Made by a program: the position numbers and the translations under genes. DNA of 64,000 nucleotides, from the NCBI GenBank assembly GCA_002269645.1, contig NIVC01000679.1, positions 1 through 64,000 of the forward strand, written 5' to 3'. The DNA comes from Macrostomum lignano. Its lineage: Eukaryota. Under the pieces are notes generated by a model. It did not search any database. It worked only from the letters and a program-made list of their open reading frames with translations, and was not told the DNA's origin. Position 1 is the first letter of the stretch. The number at the start of each line of letters is the position of its first letter. Positions 50,398 through 62,334 of this stretch are shown here, piece by piece.

Positions 50398-53300
50398 GAC
50401 CGCTCGGAGAAGGTTATTCTCATAATCACACTGCTGCCATTCAACTACCCAAGCAATTTTGTGACAGCAGAACCTGTCAAAAAAGTTTTCGTTGGCATTG
50501 ACATTGACGCGTCCAATTTAAGGTAAGTCAAAGTGTAGGTTTTGAACCTTCAATATTTTAATGCGTTTAACACTTTAATCACTTTAACGGATTGAAATTT
50601 TAGCAAGCGATATATCTGTTACTCACATGAATCTAAAGCTCAAAAAAGTACTCATTGTCTGATTTCGAGCTCTCGAAACTTTCATATCTTAGTTTGATGC
50701 TTTGATGATGGTGTGGGTGCTTGAGGAGCTTGGCTATCCCGGATGTAAAAATTGCAACTGTACCTAAAAAAACTCTTTACCACAATAGTGCTGTACTCGG
50801 ACTTCAGCGAACGGCAGTTCCTTACAGTTTTTACAGTTCCTTACAGTTCCTTACAGTTCCTTACAGTTCCTTGCAGTTCCTTACAGTTCCTTACAGTTCC
50901 TTACAGTTTCTTACAGTTTCTTACAGTTCCTTACAGTTTCTTACAGTTTCTTACAGTTCCTTACAGTTCCTTACAGTTCCTTACAGTTCCTTACAGTTCC
51001 TTACAGTTTCTTACAGTTCCTTACAGTTCCTTTTACAGTTCCCTACTCTTCTCTTCGTCACCGATTCCAGAGCCGCCTTCATTCGCAACGGCACAGTAGA
51101 ACTGTTGAAGAACGACCAGGGTAGCCACCGCACGCCCGCCTACGTCGCCTTCACTGCCGATGGTCGCATGCTGATCGGGGACGATGCCAAATGCCAGACA
51201 GTCGCCAACCCTACAGGCACCGCGTACTCGATACTACCGCTGCTGGACAGCGTCAATTTTGACAGCGAACCGGTGCAGCGGCAGATTCAACGCGTCCCAT
51301 ATGCGGTGCTCCGCGAGATGCGCAACGACAGCAACGATACAGTGGTGACGTTTCAATCTGACAGTTTTAAAAAGTCTTTGTTGCCAGTTGAAATTCTGGC
51401 ACTGCTGCTGAGAAGACAACGCCAGCTGGTTGAAGAAACTCTGGGCGAGAAAGTGACCAGCGCCGTGATCAGCGTACCGAGTTGCCTTGGTTACGCGCGA
51501 CTCCGAGCTATTCGAGACGCAGGTAGAATAGCCGGTTTCACAGACGAAGTGGTCGTCATTGAAGCCACTGTAGCTGCAGGAGTTGCCTACCAATTTCTTA
51601 CCGGGGCAAGGAATAAGCAAATTCTGGTGATTAACGCTGGCGATGCCTCAGTTGGAGTTGGAGCAGTTGAATTCTCAAGCAAAGGTGATGTGAGCATGAT
51701 GGCGCAAAGCTGCTCAACCGAGGCTGGCGGTGACGAGATTCACCAGTCGCTAGTCGAGCACCTGCTGAATTCTATAGAGAAAAAATTGGGCAAACGGTTT
51801 GTGAAAATGCTTCATCAAGATGCATCCGCCATGGAGAAGCTGCGCAGAGAAGTTGAGAGGGCAATTGGGACTCTGTCCTCACGCGATGAAGCACAGGTTG
51901 AGATCGAGTCAATTTACAACGACCAGGACTTCAACGAGCTTATAACTCGGTCTCAGTTTAAGACCGCGATTGCCGCACAACTTCTAAGATTGCAAAAGCT
52001 AATTAAAACCGTTCAGAATGATCCCGTCATAAAGGGCGGTAAAATCAGTCAGGCGGTGATTCTTGGATCAGTTGCTAACATCCCGGAAGTTCGAGAGCTG
52101 AGCCAAAGTCTGATCAGCGATTCGGAAGTCAGCAGCTTAGACACGGATGCTGGCTTGTGGGCAGTGATGGGGGCTGCTGTACAGGCCAGTTACCTCATGT
52201 CTGGAGACAGCGCACCTGCTGTGGTGACACTCTGCCCTGGCACCTTCGGCTACTGGACTTCTAACAGCGGATTTGTGGCGATGCTTGAACAGGGGGAGCC
52301 GGTTGTGAGCACGAATTCGAGAGCCGCTTTGGTGCAAAGCACTGACAGGGAGGTTACTAAGTTCGCTGTCGACGTCTATGAAGAGTACGTTCTGGACGGA
52401 AAAGAGAAGCACTTCTTTATTGAAAGAGTTGTGACAGAGATAACACCAACGAAGAAGCCCGATCTTTGGATCACGTTCTCCATGGAAAAGCACAACAAAT
52501 TACAGGTGAAAATGTTTTGGTGAATTGTTCAATTTAAAGCGGGTAGCACAGAATGCTCAGATTAGAGTAGCAGCAACCCACAGAATGCTCAGATTAGAGT
52601 AGCAGCAACCCACAGAATGCTCAGATTAGAGTAGCAGCAACCCACAGAATGCTCAGATTAGAGTAGCAGCAACCCACAGAATGCTCAGATTAGAGTAGCA
52701 GCAGCCCACAGAATGCTCAGATTAGAGTAGCAGCAGCCCACAGAATGCTCAGATTAGAGTAGCAGCAACCCACAGAATGATCAGATTAGAGTAGCAGCAA
52801 CCCACAGAATGATCAGATTAGAGTAGCAGCAGCCCACAGAATGCTCAGCTTAGAGTAGCAGCAGCCCACAGAATGCTCAGATTAGAGTAGCAGCAGCCCA
52901 CAGAATGCTCAGATTAGAGTAGCAGCAGCCCACAGAATGCTCAGATTAGAGTAGCAGCAACCCACAGAATGCTCAGATTAGAGTAGCAGCAACCCACAGA
53001 ATGCTCAGATTAGAGTAGCAGCAGCCCACAGAATGCTCAGATTAGAGTAGCAGCAGCCCACAGAATGCTCAGATTAGAGTAGTAGCAGCCCACAGAATGC
53101 TCAGATTAGAGTAGCAGCAACCCACAGAATGCTCAGATTAGAGTAGCAGCAGCCCACAGAATGCTCAGATTAGAGTAGCAGCAACCCACAGAATGATCAG
53201 AGGAGAGTAACAGCAACCCACAGAATGATCAGAGGAGAGCATCAACAACCCAAAAATGGTCACAGCTGATTTTCCTAAGCTTAAATAATGAAAAAAAACC

Positions 53301-53496
53301 TCTAAACAACCTATATCATTTTTTACAGGTCAGCGTTTTGGAGATTCAAACGGACACAGAGAAGTTTGTTGAACTCACAAACCATTTGCGACCCTTCCGA
53401 TTGCAAGAGTTGGCTCGAATATCGAAGGCGCTGTTTGAGCAAAACTTTGCCCATGATCAAAAGCCTGAGGCATCAAAGGACAAACAGGAGTTGTGA
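50398..53496 (+). CDS. Divergent BiP/HSP70-family protein, probably ER-luminal; exons (<=50398)-50522, 51071-52505, 53329-53496; start codon unresolved
   Basis: Hydrophobic leader VILIITLLPF, VFVGIDIDAS, NDQGSHRTPAYVAFT, AVISVPS, LRAIRDAGRIAG, LRREVERAIGTLSSRDEAQVEIESIY (close to BiP [25 protein letters not shown]), C-terminus ...SKDKQEL*. Confidence 0.8.
50808..51040. repeat. Intronic 10-bp tandem repeat ttccttacag
   Basis: About 22 units immediately upstream of the HSP70 exon-2 acceptor. Confidence 0.97.
52548..53250. repeat. Intronic minisatellite, 32-bp unit cagaatgctcagattagagtagcagcaaccca
   Basis: About 22 units in HSP70 intron 2. Confidence 0.97.
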
Positions 53497-53711
53497 CTTC
53501 GATTTGAAAAGAAAATTTGCTGCGCTTTCCATATTGGCTATAAGTATCATTTCTAGTATAACACGAGCTAGATCTTATGATGTAAACTATCCTTATTACT
53601 CAGGAATGACTTTATAATACTAACTGGTACTCTTTCGTGAGACTTGGATAGGAAAAATAATAGATTTAATAGATGAGATTCTCAGCTGCTAATTGTAGGG
53701 CTTTGAAATAA

Positions 53712-54385
53712 AACTCTCAGGTGGGAATCTAAGATGAGACTCTCAGGTGGGAATCTAAGATGAGACTCTCAGTTGGGAATCTAAGATGAGACTCTCAGTT
53801 GGGAATCTAAGATGAGACTCTCAGGTGGGAATCTAAGATGAGACTCTCAGTTGGGAATCTAAGATGAGACTCTCAGGTTGGAATCTAAGATGAGACTCTC
53901 GGGTGGGAATCTAAGTTGAGACTCTCAGGTGGGAATCTAAGATAAGACTCTCAATTGGGAATCTAAGATGAGACTCTCAGGTTGGAATCTAAGATGAGAC
54001 TCTCGGGTGGGAATCTAAGATGAGACTCTCGGGTGGGAATCTAAGATGAGACTCTCGGGTGGGAATCTAAGTTGAGACTCTCAGTTGGGAATCTAAGATG
54101 AGACTCTCAGGTGGAAATCTAAGATGAGACTCTCAGGTGGGAATCTAAGATGAGACTCTCAGGTGGAAATCTTAGATGAGACTCTCAGGTGGGAATCTAA
54201 GATGAGACTCTCAGGTGGAAATCTTAGATCAGACTCTCAGGTGGGAATCTAAGATGAGACTCTCAGGTGGAAATCTTAGATGAGACTCTCAGGTGGGAAT
54301 CTAAGATGAGACTCTCAGGTGGAAATCTTAGATCAGACTCTCAGGTGGAAATCTAATATGAGAATCTGAGTTTGGAATCTACGCT
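53712..54385. repeat. Minisatellite, 26-bp unit gagactctcaggtgggaatctaagat
   Basis: About 25 units. Confidence 0.97.
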
Positions 54386-55099
54386 TGTAGGTTGAGACTC
54401 TCTGGTGTGAATAAATGTGATTCTCTTAGAGAGAAGCTTAAACATCGTCCAATGTATTTTTTAATCGGAGCGAAATAATATTTGCCTTAAGTGTTCAAGT
54501 GTTTATATATTTTGTTTTAACGCATAGAAGCACAGTTTAAAACTGGACTGGATAATGAGTACCAAATTTCTATCGCTGTTCTCATTCCAGTTGGTTCTCA
54601 ATGGCTACTCAAGCCAGAATCAGTACAGTTCGATATATAAAAGAAATAAATATCATGTATAAACTGCTAACATAGCAATGCTTTCCGTAAGGCATTCGAG
54701 AAGCGAAAACATTCTAAATAAAAGCAAAAAAGCTAATACAAAAAGCAATTACATGTATTTGAGTTGAAGCGATTCAACGCAGTATCTAAAAAAGGTTTTG
54801 TCCTTTCGATTAGAAAATAAGTTTGATATGAAAATTTTTCGATAAAATAATTTCATTAATTAAAAACGAAAAGTACGCTTGTAAAGTCCATTTTTAGAAA
54901 CCAGAAGCCTGTCAATTTGCAGTGATTTTGTTAAAAATATTCCAGATGCACTTTAATACATTTTTGGTTCTGTTGCAATGAAAATTTAAAACATTTTAAC
55001 TTGTAGTTTGCTTGTAAATGGTCGGAGAAGGTTACACAAAGTAATTAATTAGCTAGGTATTTTTATGAAGTTCATTTTTACAATAGATTAAGCAAACTT

Positions 55100-55392
55100 T
55101 CAGACCCCACCTCAGGCTACCCGTCAGACTCTACCTACCTGTCAGACTCCACCTCAGGCTACCTGTCAGACTCTATCCCAAGCTTCATGTCAGACTCCAC
55201 CTCAGGCTACCTGTCAGACTCCACCTACCTGTCAGACTCCACCTACCTGTCAGACTCCACCTACCTGTCAGACTCCACCTACCTGTCAGACTCCACCTAC
55301 CTGTCAGACTACACCTCAGGCTACCTGTCAGACTCTACCTCAAGCTTCATGTCAGACTCCACCTCAGGCTACCTGTCAGATTCCTCAGGCTC
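55100..55392. repeat. Minisatellite, 18-bp unit gtcagactccacctacct with longer variants
   Basis: Directly downstream of the FRRS1-like stop codon. Confidence 0.9.
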
Positions 55393-55424
55393 AATCACTT
55401 GTCAGAACGTTCCGAGGTCGCCCG

Positions 55425-57985
55425 TCAGTAGGCCAGCACCACAATGCAGAGGATGCAGGCCACGGCCGCGGCTACAACACCATGCAGCGACATCAGGAAC
55501 ACCCTGAGGCATCGCCCTCGTGGCAGCGGCTCGAGCGGTCGAGACCGAGGCTGCAGCGACACCGGGTTGGTCTTAGCGGCATTGTACTCTTCCAGCTCGA
55601 GTCTGTAGGCCTGCCACAACTTCTTGTTTCGCTTCCAATGGTACAGGGTGTGGATTTCCAGTATGATTTCGACAATAAACTGGAAGAGCACAAAGAAGAT
55701 GAGCAGCCAGATGTGATAATTGATGCTGCTGAGATCGCCAGCACGTTCGAGCCGGAGGCCAAGGAAGAGATTCAGCACGGCGAGCACGTAGGCGATGGTG
55801 CCCACTAGCCAGTGGATCCAGTTGAAGCAGGGCCGGTTCTCGTGGCTCGGGTCGCAGCGGCACAGAGCGATTAGCGGGTTCATGAAGGTCAGAATCGTGA
55901 CAATGATGCCGAGGATCGGATGCAGCAGCTCGGGGAAACTGTCTAATCCGCTGTAGCCGCGCAGATCGATGAAGATTAAAATGAAGCTGAGCAGCGTCAG
56001 GCAGCATGTGAAGCCCATGAGAATGCGGTGAAGCTGGAACCAGAAGGCCTCGCGACCGAGCAGCCGGCCAGGCCACTGCAGCTTGTAGTACCTGCGGGTT
56101 CGGGTTGGAGGGGGAATTCAACATTAGGACAGTTTTAATCAATAGATACTAAAACCAATTGAAAAAGTTTGTAAATCAGGCACTTATATTTGCAGTTTTA
56201 TTTATAGCATTTAAAAACCATCGGGATCAAGGATGTAGGACTTGTATCAAGGACGTAGGACTTGTATCAAGGACGTAGGACTTGTATCAAGGATGTAGGA
56301 CTTGTATCAAGGACGTAGGACTTGGTCAAGGACGTAGTTCTTGGATCAAAAGCTTATGACTTGCATCGAAAACGTAGGACTTAAAATTAATGAAGTAGGC
56401 ATTGGGTCTAGGGATCAAGGATGTAGGACTTGGGTCAAGGATTTAGGACTTGGGTCAATGATGTAGGACTTGGGTCAAGGAGGTAAGACTTGGGTCAAGG
56501 ATGTAGGACTTGGGTCAAGGATGTAGGACTTGGGTCAAGGACATAGGACCTTCCACTGCTGAGGCATAATAATGCAAAACACTACTTAAAACAATGAAGC
56601 TCTACTGTCAGTCGCACGCCAAGTACCTGGCTATCAAAGTGCCGATAGAGGCGCACAGGACCCAGGCCAGGATCATGAAACAGCCGTGCGCTTTGGCCAA
56701 TCCGCTTCTTGGCTGACTGGCTCGGACGCCAACGACCGAAAGCTTCCTGGCCGGGGTGGTGTAGGTCCACGTCGGCTTGTCCAGACCCTCGCCAGAGGGG
56801 AAGGCGGCTCCGTGCCCAGCGATGCCGTCATGTACACCTTGAGCACGATTAGAGGTGGCTTTTATAGTAATGGAATAAAGACAGGGAACAAAAAAACAGG
56901 TAGATAAAACAGAGACAATGTTCAGGGAGCAAGTGAGCAGGATAACAAACAGGGGACAAGCAATTGAAACCGGGACAAGGGAACAGGGAGCAGGGATAGG
57001 GAACATTGGAAAGGGCAGGCAACAGGGACGGGGAACAGGGAGCAGGGATAGAGAACATGTGACAGGACAGGCATCAGGGACGGGGAACAGGGAGCAGGGA
57101 TAGAGAACATGTGACAGGACAGGCATCAGGGACGGGGAACAGGGAGCAGGGATAGAGAACATGTGACAGAACAGGCAGCAGGGACGTGGAACAGGGGAGA
57201 GGACAGGCAACAGGGACCGTTACCAGGTAGCAGGGATAGGGACAAAAATATGAAAACAGAAACTGGGAAATAAGGACCAAAGAACAACACATTTAGCAGG
57301 AAATTTTGGACAAAGTTGACCGGCAAATACCATTGCCTGTCACAAAAAACAAAACAAACAAACAAACCGAAGGATCCCTCGGCCGTTTCAGAAAGTTCAA
57401 CCGGGCATCAGACGACGCCGACAGTCGCAGCCGAGCCCGGCACTCGATAACTGAGTAGCCCAGCTTGGGCAGGGCGTAGTAGAAGCCGCCCACCTGCGGT
57501 TGATCAGGCTCAAAGTGCGGCACGCTGTCCGCCTCGGTCAGGACGCTGGGCAGCGCGAGAAGCTCAGTCAGGTCGCCAGATCGGTAAGCGGCCAGCTGAA
57601 CCGCAACGTTGGAACTCTTGGAGGATTTGAAGCAGGCCAAAGCCAGGCCGCTGCTGGCCTTCTTATCGGGCGAGAATCCGAGAGCGACGAAGCCGCCGTT
57701 CAGTCCAATTTGGCCGCTGATTTCTACCTCGAGGTCGCCGCCGACGTAGCGCCAAGCGGCCACGTAATTGCACTGCTGCTCGTCGATAGTTGAAGAGCCG
57801 ACGCCGCGATAGACGCTGCGACAATTCAACGGAGACTTGATGCAGCCCTCGCGTGCCGGGTCGCACAGCACGGGATAGAGCGGCGCGTCGGCTTTTTGAC
57901 CTTGAGCCGAGCATCCCGGATTGAAGATTGTCAGAGTGGAGGCTAGCGCTAAGCTTAGCAGCAACAGTTTACTAGTGGAAGCCAT
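55425..57985 (-). CDS. DOMON + cytochrome b561 ferric-chelate reductase-like protein (FRRS1-like), about 510 aa; exons 57985-57331, 56837-56627, 56091-55425 (exon-1 donor least certain)
   Basis: Signal peptide; DOMON (W..VGGDLEVEISG...GFVALGFSPD); b561 heme histidines KAHGCFMILAW, WFQLHRILM, LHPILG, RPCFNWIHW. Total 1533 nt with consistent phases. Confidence 0.88.
56225..56548. repeat. Intronic minisatellite, 20-bp unit aggatgtaggacttgggtca
   Basis: In FRRS1-like intron 2, as two degenerate sub-blocks. Confidence 0.9.
56985..57205. repeat. Intronic tandem repeat, 52-bp purine-rich unit gggacggggaacagggagcagggatagagaacatgtgacaggacaggcatca
   Basis: About 4 units in FRRS1-like intron 1. Confidence 0.9.
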
Positions 57986-58392
57986 AATGGCGATAAGTTT
58001 AATAACTGTTTCTCTAGCTTTGGTCTGCGTTTCTTCGTTTGTTATAGCAGCGGCAGTGGGTGCTTATAAGAGCTACCATGACCCAGAGAGGAAGGGGTTG
58101 ACTCTGGGAAAGAAAAATTAGTTGGCGCTCCTCTCTCTCTCCCTCTCCTCTTACTTCTTTCCCAGAACCCTGGCCTTGTGCAGCCTTTCCCTTCCTTCCC
58201 GCAATCGACCATGGAGAGGGGGGGTTGTCCCTGTACTGACGGATGCGCGCGACGTGGGACGTAGGGGGCAGAAGGAGTACTAAATTATAGAAGCTGGAGT
58301 TTGGAATGCAATTGCGTTTGTATGCTTGCTAAATTCTCGAACGTAAGCATTGCTCTATGAAAAGCTTCTAATTTAGAGCATTAATTTGGTAA

Positions 58393-58817
58393 AATGAGAG
58401 TCAGAGGCCGCTAAAATGAGAGTCAGAGGCCACTAAAGTGAGAGTCTGAGATCCGCTAAAGTGAGAGTCAGAGGTCGCTAAAGTGAGAGTCTGGAACCCG
58501 CTAAAGTGAGAGTCTGAGACCCGCTAATGTAAAAGTCTGAGACCCGCTAAAGTGAGAGTCAGAGGCCGCTAAAGTGAGAGTCAGAGGCCGCTAAAGTGAG
58601 AGTCAGAGGCCGCTGAAGTGAGAGTCAGAGGCCGCTGAAGTGAAAGTCAGTGGCCGCTAAAATGCGAGTCAGAGGCCGCTAAAGTGACAGTCAGAGGCCG
58701 CTAAAGTGACAGTCAGTGGCCGCTAAAATGCGAGTCAGAGGCCGCTAAAGTGACAGTCAGAGGCCGCTAAAGTGACAGTCAGTGGCCGCTAAAATGAGAG
58801 TCAGAGGTCCGCTAAAA
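58393..58817. repeat. Minisatellite, 22-bp unit aaagtgagagtcagaggccgct
   Basis: About 19 units. Confidence 0.95.
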
Positions 58818-59589
58818 TAATGCATTTGTTTGACAAAAAAAGTTGCGCAAATCCAGAATCTGAATTTAGAACTCCTTAAGCCCAGCCACGATGAAGGGTT
58901 GGAATAGAACCGTTTTTACGATCTTGGGAGCCGCGGCACTGTACATAGGTAATGTTTCCAGTGGCGCATCGCCATGAATGGCATTTCGCTTTTACTTGCA
59001 CTCGTAGCTACGTCCTCAGTGTGACTAATCCGCCCAGAGGAGTTTCATCCCAATATTGGCATCCTAGTCGAGGAAGCGTAGGTGTTTTCGTAGACAGAAG
59101 TTGAACGAAACGCGGACCACCAGAAGCTCCTATCAGTAAAGTTTTTCCACCATCTTCGCCCCACTTCGATCAATGAACCGAATACGGACGGGGTAGAATG
59201 TACGTAGCCTGGGTGTACATCCAAGACGATCAGTTTTCCAACTGCGCAAGTTAACCAACTTTGGCTACTGTTGCGTTAGTTTGCGTTAGGCTTCTGTATT
59301 TTTTAGTTTTGTTCGGGTGCAAGACAATATTAATTAGCATCACAGTCTGGCCTGGTTTATTATTAATAAAAAAGCTACATGTCGCACGCAAAAATGATCA
59401 TTTTGAGAAACAAAGTGGACGGAAAAGACAACAGGTCAGCGCTGCTACTGAGCCGAGTCAAAGTTCAGTAGACTTGAAGAGCATAGGCACTATTTTTTAG
59501 CGAGACTGAAAAAAATTGTGCTTACGCGAGGGTTTTAAAGATGTTTTACACATTTCGTCTCATTAATATGGGGCTAAATTGGAAATTTA

Positions 59590-59830
59590 ACTTGGTACAA
59601 TTAACGCCTTTGAGGGCCAACCCCCCACCCCCCGGGCACAGTGAGGTGTACATGCCTAACGATAAATAAAGTTAGGGCCGCTGTACACTCCTGCGTGAGT
59701 GTGTGCCTGTGCGTGTGACTGCGTACGTATCCTTGCGCTTGTGTGCCTGCTCAGGGGAGTCGGCGGAATGCTCAGTAATGCCTCTCGCCGGTTTGTGTGA
59801 CAATGTCGCTTAAAGTGCACACAGTCTCAT
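59590..59830 (+). mobile_element. Dispersed repeat family B, headless copy
   Basis: Shares aattaacgc...ggcacagtgaggtgtacatgcctaacgataaataaagttagggcc and acaatgtcgcttaaag with 43340-43510. Confidence 0.65.
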
Positions 59831-59937
59831 GTCTCTAATAAACAGTTCGGAAACAAGCATTCTTTAATTATATGTATTGTCAGTTTTCCAGCCATCGTTC
59901 ACTACATGTGCATACTGTAAGTACGACGTATTGTACT

Positions 59938-62159
59938 TTAAGCTTTGGACGCAGTCGATGAGCCCTTGCGACTCTTGGTAGTCGAAGGTTGATGCTCGGA
60001 GGCTGGCTGCTGCTGCTGCGGCGGCTGCTGCTCACCTTCGGGCGTCTCGGAGCCGCGCGGCCTGACCAGAGGCGGACTGAGCTGCTCCCACTGGCTCAGC
60101 AGGTCGGCAGCCCGCAGCTCCTCGCCGATCTCCGCCAGCCGCTGCAGCTTGTCGATGCGCTCGGCTCGAACCGGCGCGCCCAGCTTCAGGTACCTGGCGC
60201 CCATGGCAACCGCCAGATCGACAATTGTCGTGTCGCCATTGTCGCTCGGTCCGACGGCGACCACGACAACCTGGCCGGAGCTGCGCATCCGCTTGGCGCA
60301 GTCGAACAGCTCCGTGACGGTGTTCCTCTGCTGCAGCCGAGCGACCCAGGCAGAGGTCAGAAGCGGCTGCTGCTGCTGCTGCTGCTGCTGAGTGCCTTCC
60401 TCAGCCGGCGGCTGCTCAGTCTCAGCCTCCTCCGCCTCCATCTGCTGCAGCTCAGCTAGCAGCCTTCCCGGCCGATGCTGAGTCGCGTCACCAACGATGA
60501 GACACCGTTGCGAGGCCTTCTGGCACAGCCGCAGCCAGGCGTCGCGCTCGACGCGTCTCAACGGATCGATCAGCGCCACCAGCGAGGCCTGCTTAGCGCT
60601 GAGGTCGTCCAGAAAGTCGGCAGTCTCGTCCGGCGACTTCTGCGCGCCCTGAGCCAGGTCATATTTTCCCTTCTCGTAGTCGAACAGCTCGTGCCCGGCG
60701 ATGTTCGCTGCCAGATCGAACGAGTCCGTCAGTTCCAGCGCCTTCAGCGCGTCATTGATGAGGTCGAACCCGGCTTCCGGCCGGTCAATGACGGTGTTCA
60801 ACGCGCCAGCATCGTTGGTGAACCGAGCCGCCGGGCCGCCTTTGACGCTCAGCGTCTTGGCCACCTGCTGGTAGACGGCGACCGAGTCGCGAAGCACCCG
60901 GTCGAAGGGCAGTCCCGGCCTGGGCACGATCATGTACTCCTTGACGCAGTTGCTCTTGCCGGGGCTGGCCTTGCCGCCGCTCAGGATGGTCAGCATCGGC
61001 AGCGGCAGGCGCCAGTCTTTGTCCGCGCAGTCTTTGTGGGACTCGTCAGCCAGCAGCTGCTGACGAAGGTGTCGATAGAGTGGCACTCCGGCAGCGCTGG
61101 CGCCAGCGGCGGCGCAGGCTGCGGAGAGGCAACTGAGCGCCAGGCAGCCCGGGAAGAGGCCTTCGCGGGGCTCGTCGGGCACGATGACGATCTGGTACCA
61201 GCGTACGAGTATGGGATGACGATTGAGTTTACATGTAGGTTGGACTTCCGCTTCCTACTTTACCTACTCAAAGCTTCCGCTACCTACCCTACCTACTCAA
61301 AGCTTCCGCTACCTACTCTACCTACTCAAAGCTTCCGCTACCTACTCTACCTACTCAAGCTTCCGCTACCCTACACTACCACTGAGAGCTTCCGCTACCT
61401 GTGGCTACCCTACCGCTGCTATACACAGCTGAAAATGTCCCAGGGAAAAATATCCCTAAACCAGCATCCCATCCGAACCTCTTTGCCCCCTTTGCCGCCT
61501 CCGCGTTTCTTCGCGCTGCCACCGGCTTTGCCGCCAGCCGCAGCCGCCGGCTGATGCTGCGGCGACGCGTTCTCGTCAGCGCCCGAACCCTCCGCTCCGG
61601 AGGCCGCGCCGGCTTCGTCCAGCTCGCGCTGCAGCTCCGCCTTGACGCGGTCCTCCTCGGCCTGCAGCTGCATCAGAAGGAACTCGTCGATGGCGCGCTG
61701 ATCTCTCGGATCGAATCCCTGCTCGGCGAACTGCTTCAACGGGCCTTCGTTCACCAGAGTCAGCGCGGCCTCCACGTGGTGGCGAAGCTCCTGAGCTTCC
61801 CTTTCGCGCTCCTCCGGCTTGTCGTGCTCGCCGACGGTCACCTGGAGCGAGGCACGACTTCTACCGGCGACTCGGTCTTCGTTCCGGTGCCGGCAGGTCA
61901 CCTCGGCGGCCAGGGTCTCCCAGCCGCGAGCGTCGAAGCTCTTGTGACAGCGGACACCGCTCAGCACCGGCGGCAGAGCGAGCTGCTCAAAGTAATTAGA
62001 CAGGTAGCCGAACACGCAGTCGGGCCGGTCGCGGAACATCTGGTTGAGCGCGTCCTCCATTTTCAACGGGACACCGTTGGATTGATAATAGACAATGGCC
62101 TCCTTCTTCAGCTGGTGCAGCTGGTGGGCGCGCATCGCTTGAACTTTGGCGTCCTCCAT
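59938..62159 (-). CDS. ENO4: Enolase 4-like (ciliary/flagellar enolase homolog), about 644 aa; exons 62159-61479 and 61191-59938
   Basis: N-terminal extension GVPLKMEDALNQMF..RPDCVFGYLSNYF; enolase-fold motifs FDARGWETLAAEV, PLPMLTILSGG, KEYMIVP, IVGD, YLKLGAPVRAERIDK; Ala/Gly/Lys-rich insert. Both exons are phase 0. Confidence 0.85.
61243..61400. repeat. Intronic tandem repeat, ~29-bp unit tacctactcaaagcttccgctacctactc
   Basis: About 5 units in the ENO4 intron. Confidence 0.88.
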
Positions 62160-62334
62160 CTGGACTGTTCAGCTGCTGGCTTGACTTCGGCGTTCAGAAC
62201 TCGGCTCAAGATGATAAAAGCTTCGCTAGATTGAGCCGAAAACGTTCAAATAGAACGGCTTATTTAAAAGCCGCTCAGCCAACTGAACTGAACGTTGTGG
62301 CCCAGAGAACAGTAACTTTGAGACAGAGGTTGGG

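Noticed and set aside
50721-51070. N-terminus of the 600-aa HSP70 ORF as given in the track
   Set aside because: It starts at TTG and runs through an intronic 10-bp repeat. The VGID-containing exon at about 50461-50522 splices in phase to 51071.
60475-62234. 359-aa and 277-aa plus-strand ORFs
   Set aside because: Antisense to the ENO4-like exons, with no independent protein features.
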